A program made the translations under genes and the position numbers. The notes under the pieces were generated by a model. It searched no databases and was not told the origin of the DNA. It saw only the letters and a program-made list of their open reading frames with translations. This document shows, in pieces, positions 15,805-24,034 of a stretch of DNA of 24,034 bases. Source of the DNA: a virus; IMG/VR virus record IMGVR_UViG_3300049639_000129, positions 1 through 24,034 of that record, one strand, 5' to 3'. The stretch's first letter is position 1; every line of letters starts with the position of its first letter.

Positions 15805-16077
15805 ATGGATTCAATAGAAAAACTACTAAAAACCGGAAGACCTGCCCCACAGCCAGAACACAACTTTCAGATTCTATTTGAAGGTTCAGAACCTAAATTA
15901 ACAGATTATAAAGTGCTTGCCTCAAAGTTCGGTGGAAAATGCGTAAAACTCGGTGGAGGCGGCTCAACATTCGACCCATGTATAGAATTCATGAAAGTAA
16001 CTGACGATGAAAAGGACAAGTTGACCGCAGAAGCAATAAAAATTATTGAGAAAAGAGAAGAGGTTTCAAACCTCTAA
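15805..16077 (+). CDS. Hypothetical protein (90 aa)
   Basis: GGAGG SD; operonic spacing. Confidence 0.75.
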   Translation: MDSIEKLLKTGRPAPQPEHNFQILFEGSEPKLTDYKVLASKFGGKCVKLGGGGSTFDPCIEFMKVTDDEKDKLTAEAIKIIEKREEVSNL

Positions 16078-16092
16078 AATTTTTGAGGAAAA

Positions 16093-16260
16093 ATGTCAAC
16101 TTACATGAAAAGGATAAACGAAACATTTACAGAAGAAGAATTTGAGGAATTATCAAATTATAATGACATTGGCCGAAACAAAAGAAGAGGAGTGATAAAA
16201 CATGATACGAAACGCAGAAAATACCTTAATGTCAGTAGAACACGAAAACGAACTCCCTGA
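16093..16260 (+). pseudogene. Possible truncated small DNA-binding gene remnant (55 codons)
   Basis: GAGG SD; MKRINETFTEEEFEEL looks like a strand-helix start, then the sequence turns into a basic tail overlapping the next gene out of frame. Confidence 0.3.
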
Positions 16261-16507
16261 AAACATCAGAAAATATTATGATGTAATCAACGAATCGGAC
16301 CGCATAGTCTCAGCCTTTGAATATGGGAAATTTCACGTCTGTATGAAAAACGAAGCCGGAGAACTCGGACTTTTCCAAAAGAATCTCATCAAAGAAAGCG
16401 GGGACATGTATCTTCCATCTTTTGAAAACGCGCCTCTGTTTATCAGGAAGCCTGGGAAGATTGTGGTCATTGCGCCTTGTGAAGTTAAGGGGGTTGGTAA
16501 TGTCTGA
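16202..16507 (+). CDS. Hypothetical protein (101 aa)
   Basis: GAGGAGTGA SD; overlaps the start of the next gene. Confidence 0.75.
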   Translation: MIRNAENTLMSVEHENELPENIRKYYDVINESDRIVSAFEYGKFHVCMKNEAGELGLFQKNLIKESGDMYLPSFENAPLFIRKPGKIVVIAPCEVKGVGNV

Positions 16508-16883
16508 AATCGAAATCCTCAACATGCGTAATACTCATCTAGTCGCGGACCTCTGCTTCAGGATCGACAGAAAAACGAAATGGGGTAATCCCTATAAAAT
16601 GCGCTCAGAACGTGAACGGATGGATGTTATTAAGAAATACACTTACTATCTTTTAGATAGTAAGTTACTCGATGATATTCACGAACTTGAAGGTAAATGG
16701 CTGGCATGTTGGTGCCATCCTAAACCTTGTCATGGGGATGTCCTAAAGTACCTCGCTGAACATCCTGAACTAGTCGGGATGTATCGAGGCGGGGCGATTT
16801 CGAGGGATGACGTAATACAAAGGATCTGGCAGGCTAATGGATGGAAGGGGGAGCAGGTAGGACAGCAGATGAAGTTATTTTAA
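16500..16883 (+). CDS. DUF4326-family protein
   Basis: Motifs IDRKTKWGNPY and LEGKWLACWCHPKPCHGDVL. The start is reassigned from 16422 to ATG 16500 (MSEIEIL), which follows a G-rich SD. Confidence 0.85.
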   Translation: MSEIEILNMRNTHLVADLCFRIDRKTKWGNPYKMRSERERMDVIKKYTYYLLDSKLLDDIHELEGKWLACWCHPKPCHGDVLKYLAEHPELVGMYRGGAISRDDVIQRIWQANGWKGEQVGQQMKLF

Positions 16884-17126
16884 GGAGCAGCCATGAAGAT
16901 TATGAAATTATAAACGACGCGATAAACAAAGGAGAGTTATCAAGATAACTGCTTTCTGTAATCCTCTATAATCTCTTTTTTCTAAGTACCGAATGTAAAT
17001 CTATTAACTTTTTATTTTGGCTCAATACAGAGCCTCACATTAAGTCGGTTTTTCAGGCATTCAACGTCTTTTCAAAAAGGCGTTTTTAATTTTCCTTTAT
17101 TTATATACTCTTCTTATTTTTCATAC

Positions 17127-18140
17127 ATGCCACAAAATATCGGCGATCCTCCTCAACATTTCATAACTGAACCATTACGTTCTTTTGCTCCTAAAAAACT
17201 CGAAAATGGCGATCTCCGCATGGCAATAGCGAAAGCAGGTCAGAAAGCATATTCTATGCGGGGAGAAGAGGCCACACTAACGAAAGAATTTTTATCAAAA
17301 GACTTTTCCACATGGGATGAAGGTCTTGTAAGTATCAACCATGAAAACAATCACGAGTGGGTCAAAGCTACTCTTTACGATCCAGAATATGACCCAGAAA
17401 ACGAATTAGTCATTTGCTCTTTTTCAGGCTTACCTGAATGGGTTGTGAGCCTCATCTATTCCGAAGATTACAGGGGTCTTTCTCAAGAGTGTATCCCTGT
17501 GAAATTCGCTAAAAATTCAATGAATGTTGTAAGAGGGTTTGGGACTGGTGTAACTATTGTTACAGCACCTTACGAGCCTGCGGCTAATCAGGGCATGGGT
17601 GTAGGAATCAGGCCCGAACTTTCCGCTATTCTTGCTTCAAAATATCCAACTCAAATAGAGGATACTATGTCAGAAACCAAAGGAGGCGGTACCCCCGCCA
17701 TATCAGTGGAGACATACGAGAGTGTTGTCTCCGAAAAAGCACAGCTCGTAAGCCGTGTTTCGGCTTTAGAATCTGAAAAAACAAAACTGGAGACTGAACT
17801 TGCTTCCACAAGAAAAGAGTTTGAATCCTATAAAGCTGGAGAAGCTGAGAGGACTAAACTTGCCTACTCCGAAGGAAAAGCGGACGGACGGGCTGAAATC
17901 ATTGCTGAAACCGAAAGAAGTACCGCTATAGAAGAGTTTAAACAGACTCATAGTAAGGAGTTTGTTGAATCTTTCCTCTCTACTAATCCAAGCATTGAAC
18001 AGATAAAGATTCTGACTGCAGGTAAAAAAGTGGATCTTTCAAAGGGTCCAGGCACATCTCAGAGTTATCAGCCTGAAGATGACGGTGAGTCTTACGAATC
18101 CATAAACCGGCGGTTCAATGAATTGCTTGGGAGGACGTAA
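17127..18140 (+). CDS. Prohead protease / scaffolding protein
   Basis: N-terminal protease-like motifs (W..GLVSINH; GLSQE; GVTIV..P..PAA), C-terminal acidic coiled coil; first gene of the capsid operon; TTTATATA box at about 17099. Confidence 0.65.
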   Translation: MPQNIGDPPQHFITEPLRSFAPKKLENGDLRMAIAKAGQKAYSMRGEEATLTKEFLSKDFSTWDEGLVSINHENNHEWVKATLYDPEYDPENELVICSFSGLPEWVVSLIYSEDYRGLSQECIPVKFAKNSMNVVRGFGTGVTIVTAPYEPAANQGMGVGIRPELSAILASKYPTQIEDTMSETKGGGTPAISVETYESVVSEKAQLVSRVSALESEKTKLETELASTRKEFESYKAGEAERTKLAYSEGKADGRAEIIAETERSTAIEEFKQTHSKEFVESFLSTNPSIEQIKILTAGKKVDLSKGPGTSQSYQPEDDGESYESINRRFNELLGRT

Positions 18141-18142
18141 GC

Positions 18143-18745
18143 ATGGCAACTAACTCAATATCGGGTGACTATGGCTTTGTAACTCAAATCCCATGTATCC
18201 TTAAGGAAGGGGATATTACTGTCAATAGCTCGGCATACGGTCCTTTCGGCAAAATGACAGTTTGCACATTCGCCTCTGAAATTTCTAAGGGCGACGTGGT
18301 AGCACTCTCAACAGACTCTGCAAACACAGCAGACGCAACAGAAAACAATATTGTAGTTACCGCCCTTGCAAACAATGTAGATCTTGCAATAGGCAGAATC
18401 ATAGATGAGCCCAAGTGGGTAAGACAGCCAACCGCAAACCAGTCCACATGGGCTGATATGCTTGCAGCCGGGTATTACAGAATTGCAACCGTTGAGCTGT
18501 TTATCCCGATGAGTATTTTCAAAGCTACCCTTGTATGTGCAAATGCTTCAGCCATTACCCCCGGAACCACTGGAAACCTTGACATCGATGCAAGCGCAAG
18601 CCTGGAACTTCACGGTCTTTCAGTTGTAGATGTTGATACAGGTGGATCATCTGACATGATACCTCTAACATACGCAGCTAAGTCGGATAGCGCAACTGTT
18701 TCTGTTCTCGTTGGATTCAAAGGATTTGGAACGGTGACAACTTAA
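18143..18745 (+). CDS. Capsid decoration/cement protein candidate
   Basis: Located between protease/scaffold and major capsid gene (lambda gpD position); small, beta-rich, Ala/Thr/Gly-rich. Confidence 0.55.
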   Translation: MATNSISGDYGFVTQIPCILKEGDITVNSSAYGPFGKMTVCTFASEISKGDVVALSTDSANTADATENNIVVTALANNVDLAIGRIIDEPKWVRQPTANQSTWADMLAAGYYRIATVELFIPMSIFKATLVCANASAITPGTTGNLDIDASASLELHGLSVVDVDTGGSSDMIPLTYAAKSDSATVSVLVGFKGFGTVTT

Positions 18746-18759
18746 GGGAGGGATGAAAA

Positions 18760-19722
18760 ATGTCTGTAACAGCACCAAATGAAGAATTTTTGACTAAGCG
18801 GTTCCTTATCCCGAAAATGTACGAGATAATGAACCCTCTGCTTGCCTGGACTGACATATTCCCACAGGTTCGGGCTACTGCTCCTGTAGTCGCATATAAG
18901 CAGGAAATCACAAGCGATTCTGGAGATACTAAGAAGGAAAGACCTAAACTGATGACTACATCAGGCCAGTGGACTTATGTGGAGATCTCGCAGTTCACGA
19001 TGAAAGCTGCAAACCTGAACAAGCGCGGTTTTGCGATCAAAATCGACCAGGACGCTCTAGATTATGTAGAGGGCGTTGACGAAATCCAGAGAGCCCTACG
19101 GAAGACTGGCTATTGGATTGCCGAAGATTACAATACAAGGATATCCACTGAAATTGCCAACAGTGGAACGGATCTCGCAGGGGAATGGAATCCAGCTGCC
19201 GAATGGTCCGATGCAAACGCCGCTCCGATTTCAGACCTGGAAGACCTCGAAGATGCTTTCATTCGGGAAGGATACCCGTACAGGCTCACGGATGTATTCA
19301 TCCATAAAGACAATTTCAAAGAGCTAAAAAAATACCTTACATCCCTTGATATCGACCAGTATAAACACGAGAAGCTCTACGGTACTCCGAACAACGGAAA
19401 CCGCGACACTCTGGAAATTCCAGTCGTGGGAGCTACAGTTCACCGGCTTCTCTCAGGAATTTCGGAAGGGTCTATTATTGCAATTGACCGCAATAACCCA
19501 GGCATTACAATTTTCTACAACCAGAGCCCCAGATATTCTGCGATGAGTGGAACTTATGAAACCATGCAGAACGGTCAGAAGATCAGCAAAAGCCTGTCTT
19601 ATGGGTTCAACATGAACAAATATTTCGACAACGAGACCCACCAGACTATCATTCAGATGTGGTATGACAACGTACCTGTCACTATTGAACCGTATGCAAT
19701 AGCAATAGATACAGGCATTTAA
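18760..19722 (+). CDS. Major capsid protein, HK97-fold candidate
   Basis: 320 aa; KRGFAIKIDQDAL followed by a long spine helix (EIQRALRKTGYWIAEDYNTRI), W.D..A.PI.DL motif, terminal V..P.AI; GGGAGG SD. Confidence 0.75.
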   Translation: MSVTAPNEEFLTKRFLIPKMYEIMNPLLAWTDIFPQVRATAPVVAYKQEITSDSGDTKKERPKLMTTSGQWTYVEISQFTMKAANLNKRGFAIKIDQDALDYVEGVDEIQRALRKTGYWIAEDYNTRISTEIANSGTDLAGEWNPAAEWSDANAAPISDLEDLEDAFIREGYPYRLTDVFIHKDNFKELKKYLTSLDIDQYKHEKLYGTPNNGNRDTLEIPVVGATVHRLLSGISEGSIIAIDRNNPGITIFYNQSPRYSAMSGTYETMQNGQKISKSLSYGFNMNKYFDNETHQTIIQMWYDNVPVTIEPYAIAIDTGI

Positions 19723-19777
19723 GCCTGTTACATTTTTTGGGACTCCCTAAGTACCTAACATCAAGGAGATTTTTATA

Positions 19778-20281
19778 ATGACTTACACTCAAACACCCCT
19801 GGCAACTCTGCGAAGTAAAGCAGGTTCATTACTTCAAAAATTATATTCTGAATTCGGTCTTGTCAAAACCGAACTTGACGCTCTAGCAGCAGTAGACGCA
19901 GCAGGCTTAAAAATAGCAAAGGGTTCCCTCACACCAGGTGACGCTGGCGATTTCGCTTTCACCTGGCAAAATCCAGAAGCCTCTAAAATAATTGTTACCC
20001 GCATTCTCATCAATATTACTACAGCCGGAGGAACTGACTCTAGCGTTCTCGATGTTGGAGTAGTCGCAGATGCAGCAAGCACAGCAAATACTCTTATTGA
20101 TGGGTTGGACCTCAACGCCACTGGAATTTTTGATAATATAACAGACAAAGGAGATAGCGGGAAATCCCGTCAGGTAGTCGATGAAAAAGGCGGGACAAAT
20201 GATTACATCACGGGTAAGATTCTTGTACAGGACGCAGCTGCTCTGGCGGGTAAGTATTACATTCTTTATACTGTTATATAA
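19778..20281 (+). CDS. Virion structural protein candidate (167 aa, beta-sandwich)
   Basis: Follows the MCP; alternating beta-strand pattern; LDVG..LIDG motif. Confidence 0.6.
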   Translation: MTYTQTPLATLRSKAGSLLQKLYSEFGLVKTELDALAAVDAAGLKIAKGSLTPGDAGDFAFTWQNPEASKIIVTRILINITTAGGTDSSVLDVGVVADAASTANTLIDGLDLNATGIFDNITDKGDSGKSRQVVDEKGGTNDYITGKILVQDAAALAGKYYILYTVI

Positions 20282-20292
20282 GGAGGGTTCTG

Positions 20293-20655
20293 ATGTACTC
20301 TCCTTTAGTTTTTGATCCTATCAACCTTTTCACAGATCAATCTGTAGCAGCCTCGACGACTTCGGATCCTTCAGACAGACTCGAAACTACTCGACTTACT
20401 AAAGTTCAGATCAGAGTAAAAAATACCGGAGCTTCAACGAATGTTACTGTAAATATTTATTCAGTTGACGCAGCTACAGGCGGGATAAGCGCACTAGTCC
20501 AGCCGTTTACTTTAGGGGCTGGCAATGTAACACCTGCTACAGCTTGGAAATATATTGAGAAAGACGCGATTCCCAGGTATATCTATGCTCAAATTGTGAA
20601 TTCTGACGCTTCAAATGATGCGATTATCACGGTGTCAGTAGACAGGTGGCGTTAA
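20293..20655 (+). CDS. Virion structural protein candidate (120 aa, beta-rich)
   Basis: GGAGGG SD; operonic with neighbours; TAATG coupling to the next gene. Confidence 0.6.
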   Translation: MYSPLVFDPINLFTDQSVAASTTSDPSDRLETTRLTKVQIRVKNTGASTNVTVNIYSVDAATGGISALVQPFTLGAGNVTPATAWKYIEKDAIPRYIYAQIVNSDASNDAIITVSVDRWR

Positions 20656-22850
20656 TGAAACTTCCAACTCCATCTGCCCCATATTCTCCTGTCTATGTGC
20701 ATGGGGAGTCTATCACAATCGAGACAGAGGGCAAAGTCTTAGTTCTCCCCTCTGGAAATCCTGACATCCTCACTTCACACAATGAATATACTCTCAACAG
20801 CAACCGTTTATCTATAGCTGAAAATCCGTTTGGCGGGCTTAAAGGGTCTGGCTCTCCTGATTATGCGCCTGGAACTGTCCATATTATCGAGGGTGACGGG
20901 GTATATTTACAGGATGTTTCAGGGACAAATTCGAGTAAAACGTTATCGGCGGGGAAGTTAAAAGAGTTAAATCTGTTGAGTGTGGATACCGTTGGTCATT
21001 CGATTACTGAAGAGTTTATTATTGCGAATACTGCGACGGGTAATAATCCGAGTGTTATTGATGCTTGTGATGCTACTACAGGATGGTCAGGTGTATCACT
21101 TGGAACCGGAACATTAACCTCTGAAAATGGCAAATTGAAAATCGTAGGTACAACAGACGCAAACGGAAGAATACGTACGTATAAACGCTTTACAAACGTT
21201 TTCGCTGGAAAAGACTTTTGCACTTTTACGATTAACGCGAGTCAAAATTGCAACCTATATTTTATAATTGCAAATTCTCCATATACAGGCGAAAAATTTT
21301 GGAGTGGGCCGAGATTCCCAATTAGTGCTAACACTGATACAAAATTCTGCATACCCGTACACGCACCTGCTGGATCGCTTGGGTCATTACCAAGTTCTGG
21401 CAGTTTAACATCGGATGGTGTGGACGCGGTAGTTGATATATATATAGGCATATCTGGTGCGACACCGAGTTCTGAGGTCACTGTATACATTGATAACATC
21501 ACAGCAGATGTAGCTCGCCCCACATATCTCGAAATTCAAGTCCCTGATTATCTCGCTGATACAAGTGCACAAATATACACACACAACGGCACAGCCTATC
21601 AACTCTGTTCTACACATTCTTTAGACGGTGCTTATTCTCAGGTATCCCAAACAAGCGCAAACTGCACATTTTTGGACGGTACAAAACTTGATGATGTCTA
21701 CGGAACCGGGGCAGGTAGAGCAGTTTTCCCTAAAGGATCAGCAGCAGCTACGGTAAACGGTTCTACAGGGAGTATAACGTATTCGGAAAATCGAGGGACT
21801 GATAAGAGAATCGGATTGAAAGTAGACCTGCCTCCGAGTGATAATGGAAGGACGAATTTTAATAAAGTTCGGGCGAAATTAGTTATAAATTATACTGATA
21901 CGGTCGGAAATATTGTACCTGATTTGTCAGGGAATGGGAACCATGGAACTATTGTTGGCGGTGTGACGAAGTTAAATGAAGGTGGATTAAAGTTTGATGG
22001 GAGTACAGGGTATGTTAATTGTGGAAACCCTACGGCATTAAATACTAACAATTTTACGATAATAACCACCGTAATACCAACAACTGGTGGATACATCTAT
22101 GATAAAAATGTAAGTACATATAATAATGGGGAGTATTTAATTCAGTATGACCTCAACTATCAGCGAGTATTGAGTTCTATTGATTATTATGCATCTAATA
22201 TCACATCACCGTCAAATTCAGTACCGTCAGGTGTATCGGCATGTATAGTACAGCGGTATGATTCCAGTGTACATTCTCTATTTATTAACAATGTTAAATA
22301 TACGGTAGACTATTCAGCTACACGTACTCACAATAGTTCTAATTTTGTATTAGGTACTCGAAATATAAATACGGGTAATTTCGGAGGAACTATACAAAAA
22401 ATACGTGTGTATAATCGCGCACTATCAGACACGGAAGTAACTGCTGCATATAATAATCAATATGTAGATCCAACAGGGTTGGTCATTAGTTACGATCCAA
22501 CCCCTATAAACATGGGTGCAGTAACCTATGAACTTTCCAATGACAACAGTGCCTCTACCGGACTGCAAAACCTCTCAAAGCCCTGGATAGCTCTCTACGA
22601 TCCCACTTCTAACCTCATAGACTTTTATCTCTTCACTCACCGCCCTAAAAATCTCGAATTCCGCAGGGATGAATCAGGCAACATCTATGAGCTTGTTTTG
22701 TATCCTGGAAACGGGTTGATCTATCACGGACAGATAACGTATCCTGATTTGACACTTGATTCTGATTCTAATTTGATTCCTAATTTTTTAGAGGAGTCTA
22801 TTGAAGGTTCACTTACTAAATTTTTAAAACCATATGGAATGGTGATATAA
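20655..22850 (+). CDS. Large spike/fibre-like protein with LamG (ConA-like) domain
   Basis: LamG signature DLSGNGNHGTI...LKFDG..GYV...FGG.I...RVYNRALSDTEV. The start is reassigned from GTG 20646 to ATG 20655 (overlapping the upstream TAA). Confidence 0.75.
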   Translation: MKLPTPSAPYSPVYVHGESITIETEGKVLVLPSGNPDILTSHNEYTLNSNRLSIAENPFGGLKGSGSPDYAPGTVHIIEGDGVYLQDVSGTNSSKTLSAGKLKELNLLSVDTVGHSITEEFIIANTATGNNPSVIDACDATTGWSGVSLGTGTLTSENGKLKIVGTTDANGRIRTYKRFTNVFAGKDFCTFTINASQNCNLYFIIANSPYTGEKFWSGPRFPISANTDTKFCIPVHAPAGSLGSLPSSGSLTSDGVDAVVDIYIGISGATPSSEVTVYIDNITADVARPTYLEIQVPDYLADTSAQIYTHNGTAYQLCSTHSLDGAYSQVSQTSANCTFLDGTKLDDVYGTGAGRAVFPKGSAAATVNGSTGSITYSENRGTDKRIGLKVDLPPSDNGRTNFNKVRAKLVINYTDTVGNIVPDLSGNGNHGTIVGGVTKLNEGGLKFDGSTGYVNCGNPTALNTNNFTIITTVIPTTGGYIYDKNVSTYNNGEYLIQYDLNYQRVLSSIDYYASNITSPSNSVPSGVSACIVQRYDSSVHSLFINNVKYTVDYSATRTHNSSNFVLGTRNINTGNFGGTIQKIRVYNRALSDTEVTAAYNNQYVDPTGLVISYDPTPINMGAVTYELSNDNSASTGLQNLSKPWIALYDPTSNLIDFYLFTHRPKNLEFRRDESGNIYELVLYPGNGLIYHGQITYPDLTLDSDSNLIPNFLEESIEGSLTKFLKPYGMVI

Positions 22851-22851
22851 C

Positions 22852-23244
22852 ATGGCAACAATCAAACTCAGACGACTCAGAGCAAATACTCCCGACTCAG
22901 GACGCAATATAATAATCACATGGGAAGATCGAGGCAACCCCATGAGAGATTCAGATGGGAATATAATTCGGACAGATGTGATAGGACAGAACGGGCGTCC
23001 ACTTCCTTTATACCCAGAATTCTCCGTACCTGTCGCAATACCTTATAATCTTCCGGAAACAGAAGCAGAACGGCAGGCACTAATTACATCTCTCAAGGAT
23101 CAGGCACTTGAAGTTGCAAAAGTACAGGCTCAGAAGCGAGCGAATGATCTGGAAGACAAGAATATATTGAGGAAGTTAATTAAAGACTTGAATCAGACTG
23201 TAGGTATTGATTTCGAGGGCGAGGTTGAACTGATAGAAGAGTGA
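22852..23244 (+). CDS. Hypothetical protein (130 aa), possible fibre-associated or chaperone
   Basis: Starts 1 nt after the fibre gene stop; C-terminal coiled coil. Confidence 0.75.
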   Translation: MATIKLRRLRANTPDSGRNIIITWEDRGNPMRDSDGNIIRTDVIGQNGRPLPLYPEFSVPVAIPYNLPETEAERQALITSLKDQALEVAKVQAQKRANDLEDKNILRKLIKDLNQTVGIDFEGEVELIEE

Positions 23245-23251
23245 GGCTATC

Positions 23252-24034
23252 ATGGTAACGTACATAGTCAATGACCGACTACTCTGGAAGGGCATTTCAT
23301 GGGTTTGGTGTCAGGGACCAAGAGTAGATCGCTCGAATGCATGGGTAGACGATAACGGCGACCTCAATCTGAGGATGCAGAAGTTCGATGGCATCTACAA
23401 AGGGGTATTATTCGAAACACCGACCCCTTACCAATACGGGAGAATGAGATGGACTGCAAGCTCCCCCACGCTCAACATCGAGAGAAACGCGAGTCTGGGA
23501 CTCAACACCTACTATGACGATCCCAACACAGACATACCCAACGAGCTAGATATTGAAATCAATCAATGGCCTGGATATGATGAAAGAATCTGGTTTTCCT
23601 GTCATCCCGCTTCCATCGACTCACATCCAGAAAACATCCATTACGGCTGCCTTTCTACAGACCCAAACGTAAACGATAGCGGCTGCGTCTATACAATCGA
23701 ATGGACTCCATCATATGTCTACTATTCCGTAGTCGCATCAAATGGTACGACAATCCTCGACTGGAACTATACAGGAGACGATATTCCGCATACAAGCGCG
23801 TATATTTGCATGTTTTTTGGGGTTTTAGCTCAGGGTGCAGGTCCAGCAAGTGGCAACCCCATAACCATAAAATTCTCAAATTTCGAATACGACAGCATGC
23901 GGATAGATGCGAATTTCAGCGCACCTGTCAGAAGCGGGACAACTAATACTACATTCAGTTTTTCAGACACTTCGACAGGGTTACCAAGATCGTGGCTCTG
24001 GAATTTTGGAGATGGAACAACTTCAACAGAGCAA
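23252..24034 (+). CDS. GH16-like glycoside hydrolase + PKD protein without signal peptide (partial, runs off right edge)
   Basis: Manual translation MVTYIVNDRLLWKGISWVWCQG...NELDIEINQW (E at 23543)...DANFSA...SWLWNFGDGTTSTEQ, open to the window end. Confidence 0.9.
   Translation, partial: MVTYIVNDRLLWKGISWVWCQGPRVDRSNAWVDDNGDLNLRMQKFDGIYKGVLFETPTPYQYGRMRWTASSPTLNIERNASLGLNTYYDDPNTDIPNELDIEINQWPGYDERIWFSCHPASIDSHPENIHYGCLSTDPNVNDSGCVYTIEWTPSYVYYSVVASNGTTILDWNYTGDDIPHTSAYICMFFGVLAQGAGPASGNPITIKFSNFEYDSMRIDANFSAPVRSGTTNTTFSFSDTSTGLPRSWLWNFGDGTTSTEQ
23285..23961 (+). repeat. Right arm of long inverted repeat (pairs with 1-677)
   Basis: Same 677-bp length and gapless alignment to the reverse complement of 1-677. 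Confidence 0.97.

Noticed and set aside
16422-16499. N-terminal 26 aa of the tracked 153-aa ORF
   Set aside because: It overlaps the upstream gene out of frame; DUF4326 homology and the SD support ATG 16500.

Overview
Probably part of an archaeal mobile element from a Methanosarcina-like host. This is inferred from PKD-domain surface proteins, archaeal BRE/TATA promoters and an archaeal-type IS200 TnpA. The window holds three modules. (1) 1-9.3 kb: secreted or membrane-anchored glycan-active proteins plus a minimal conjugation-like T4SS operon (pilin-like, VirB6-like, VirB3/PrgI-like, and VirB4 with an extra nuclease-like C-terminal domain). (2) 9.5-16.9 kb: small accessory genes. These include an RHH regulator followed by an unannotated 44-aa copy of its own coiled coil, and an array of genes driven by five copies of a hairpin + BRE/TATA + 28-bp palindrome element. 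The array carries two Csx20-like (candidate ring nuclease / anti-type III CRISPR) genes, two copies of an unknown gene and a TnpA with a broken HUH motif. (3) 17.1-24 kb: an HK97-like capsid operon (protease/scaffold, decoration, major capsid, beta-rich spike-like proteins, GH16-PKD) with no terminase, portal or tail genes visible. The two window ends are a 677-bp indel-free inverted repeat encoding the same GH16-PKD module with different N-termini. Both GH16 genes run off the window and are absent from the ORF track. Family assignments come from manual motif recognition, not database searches.
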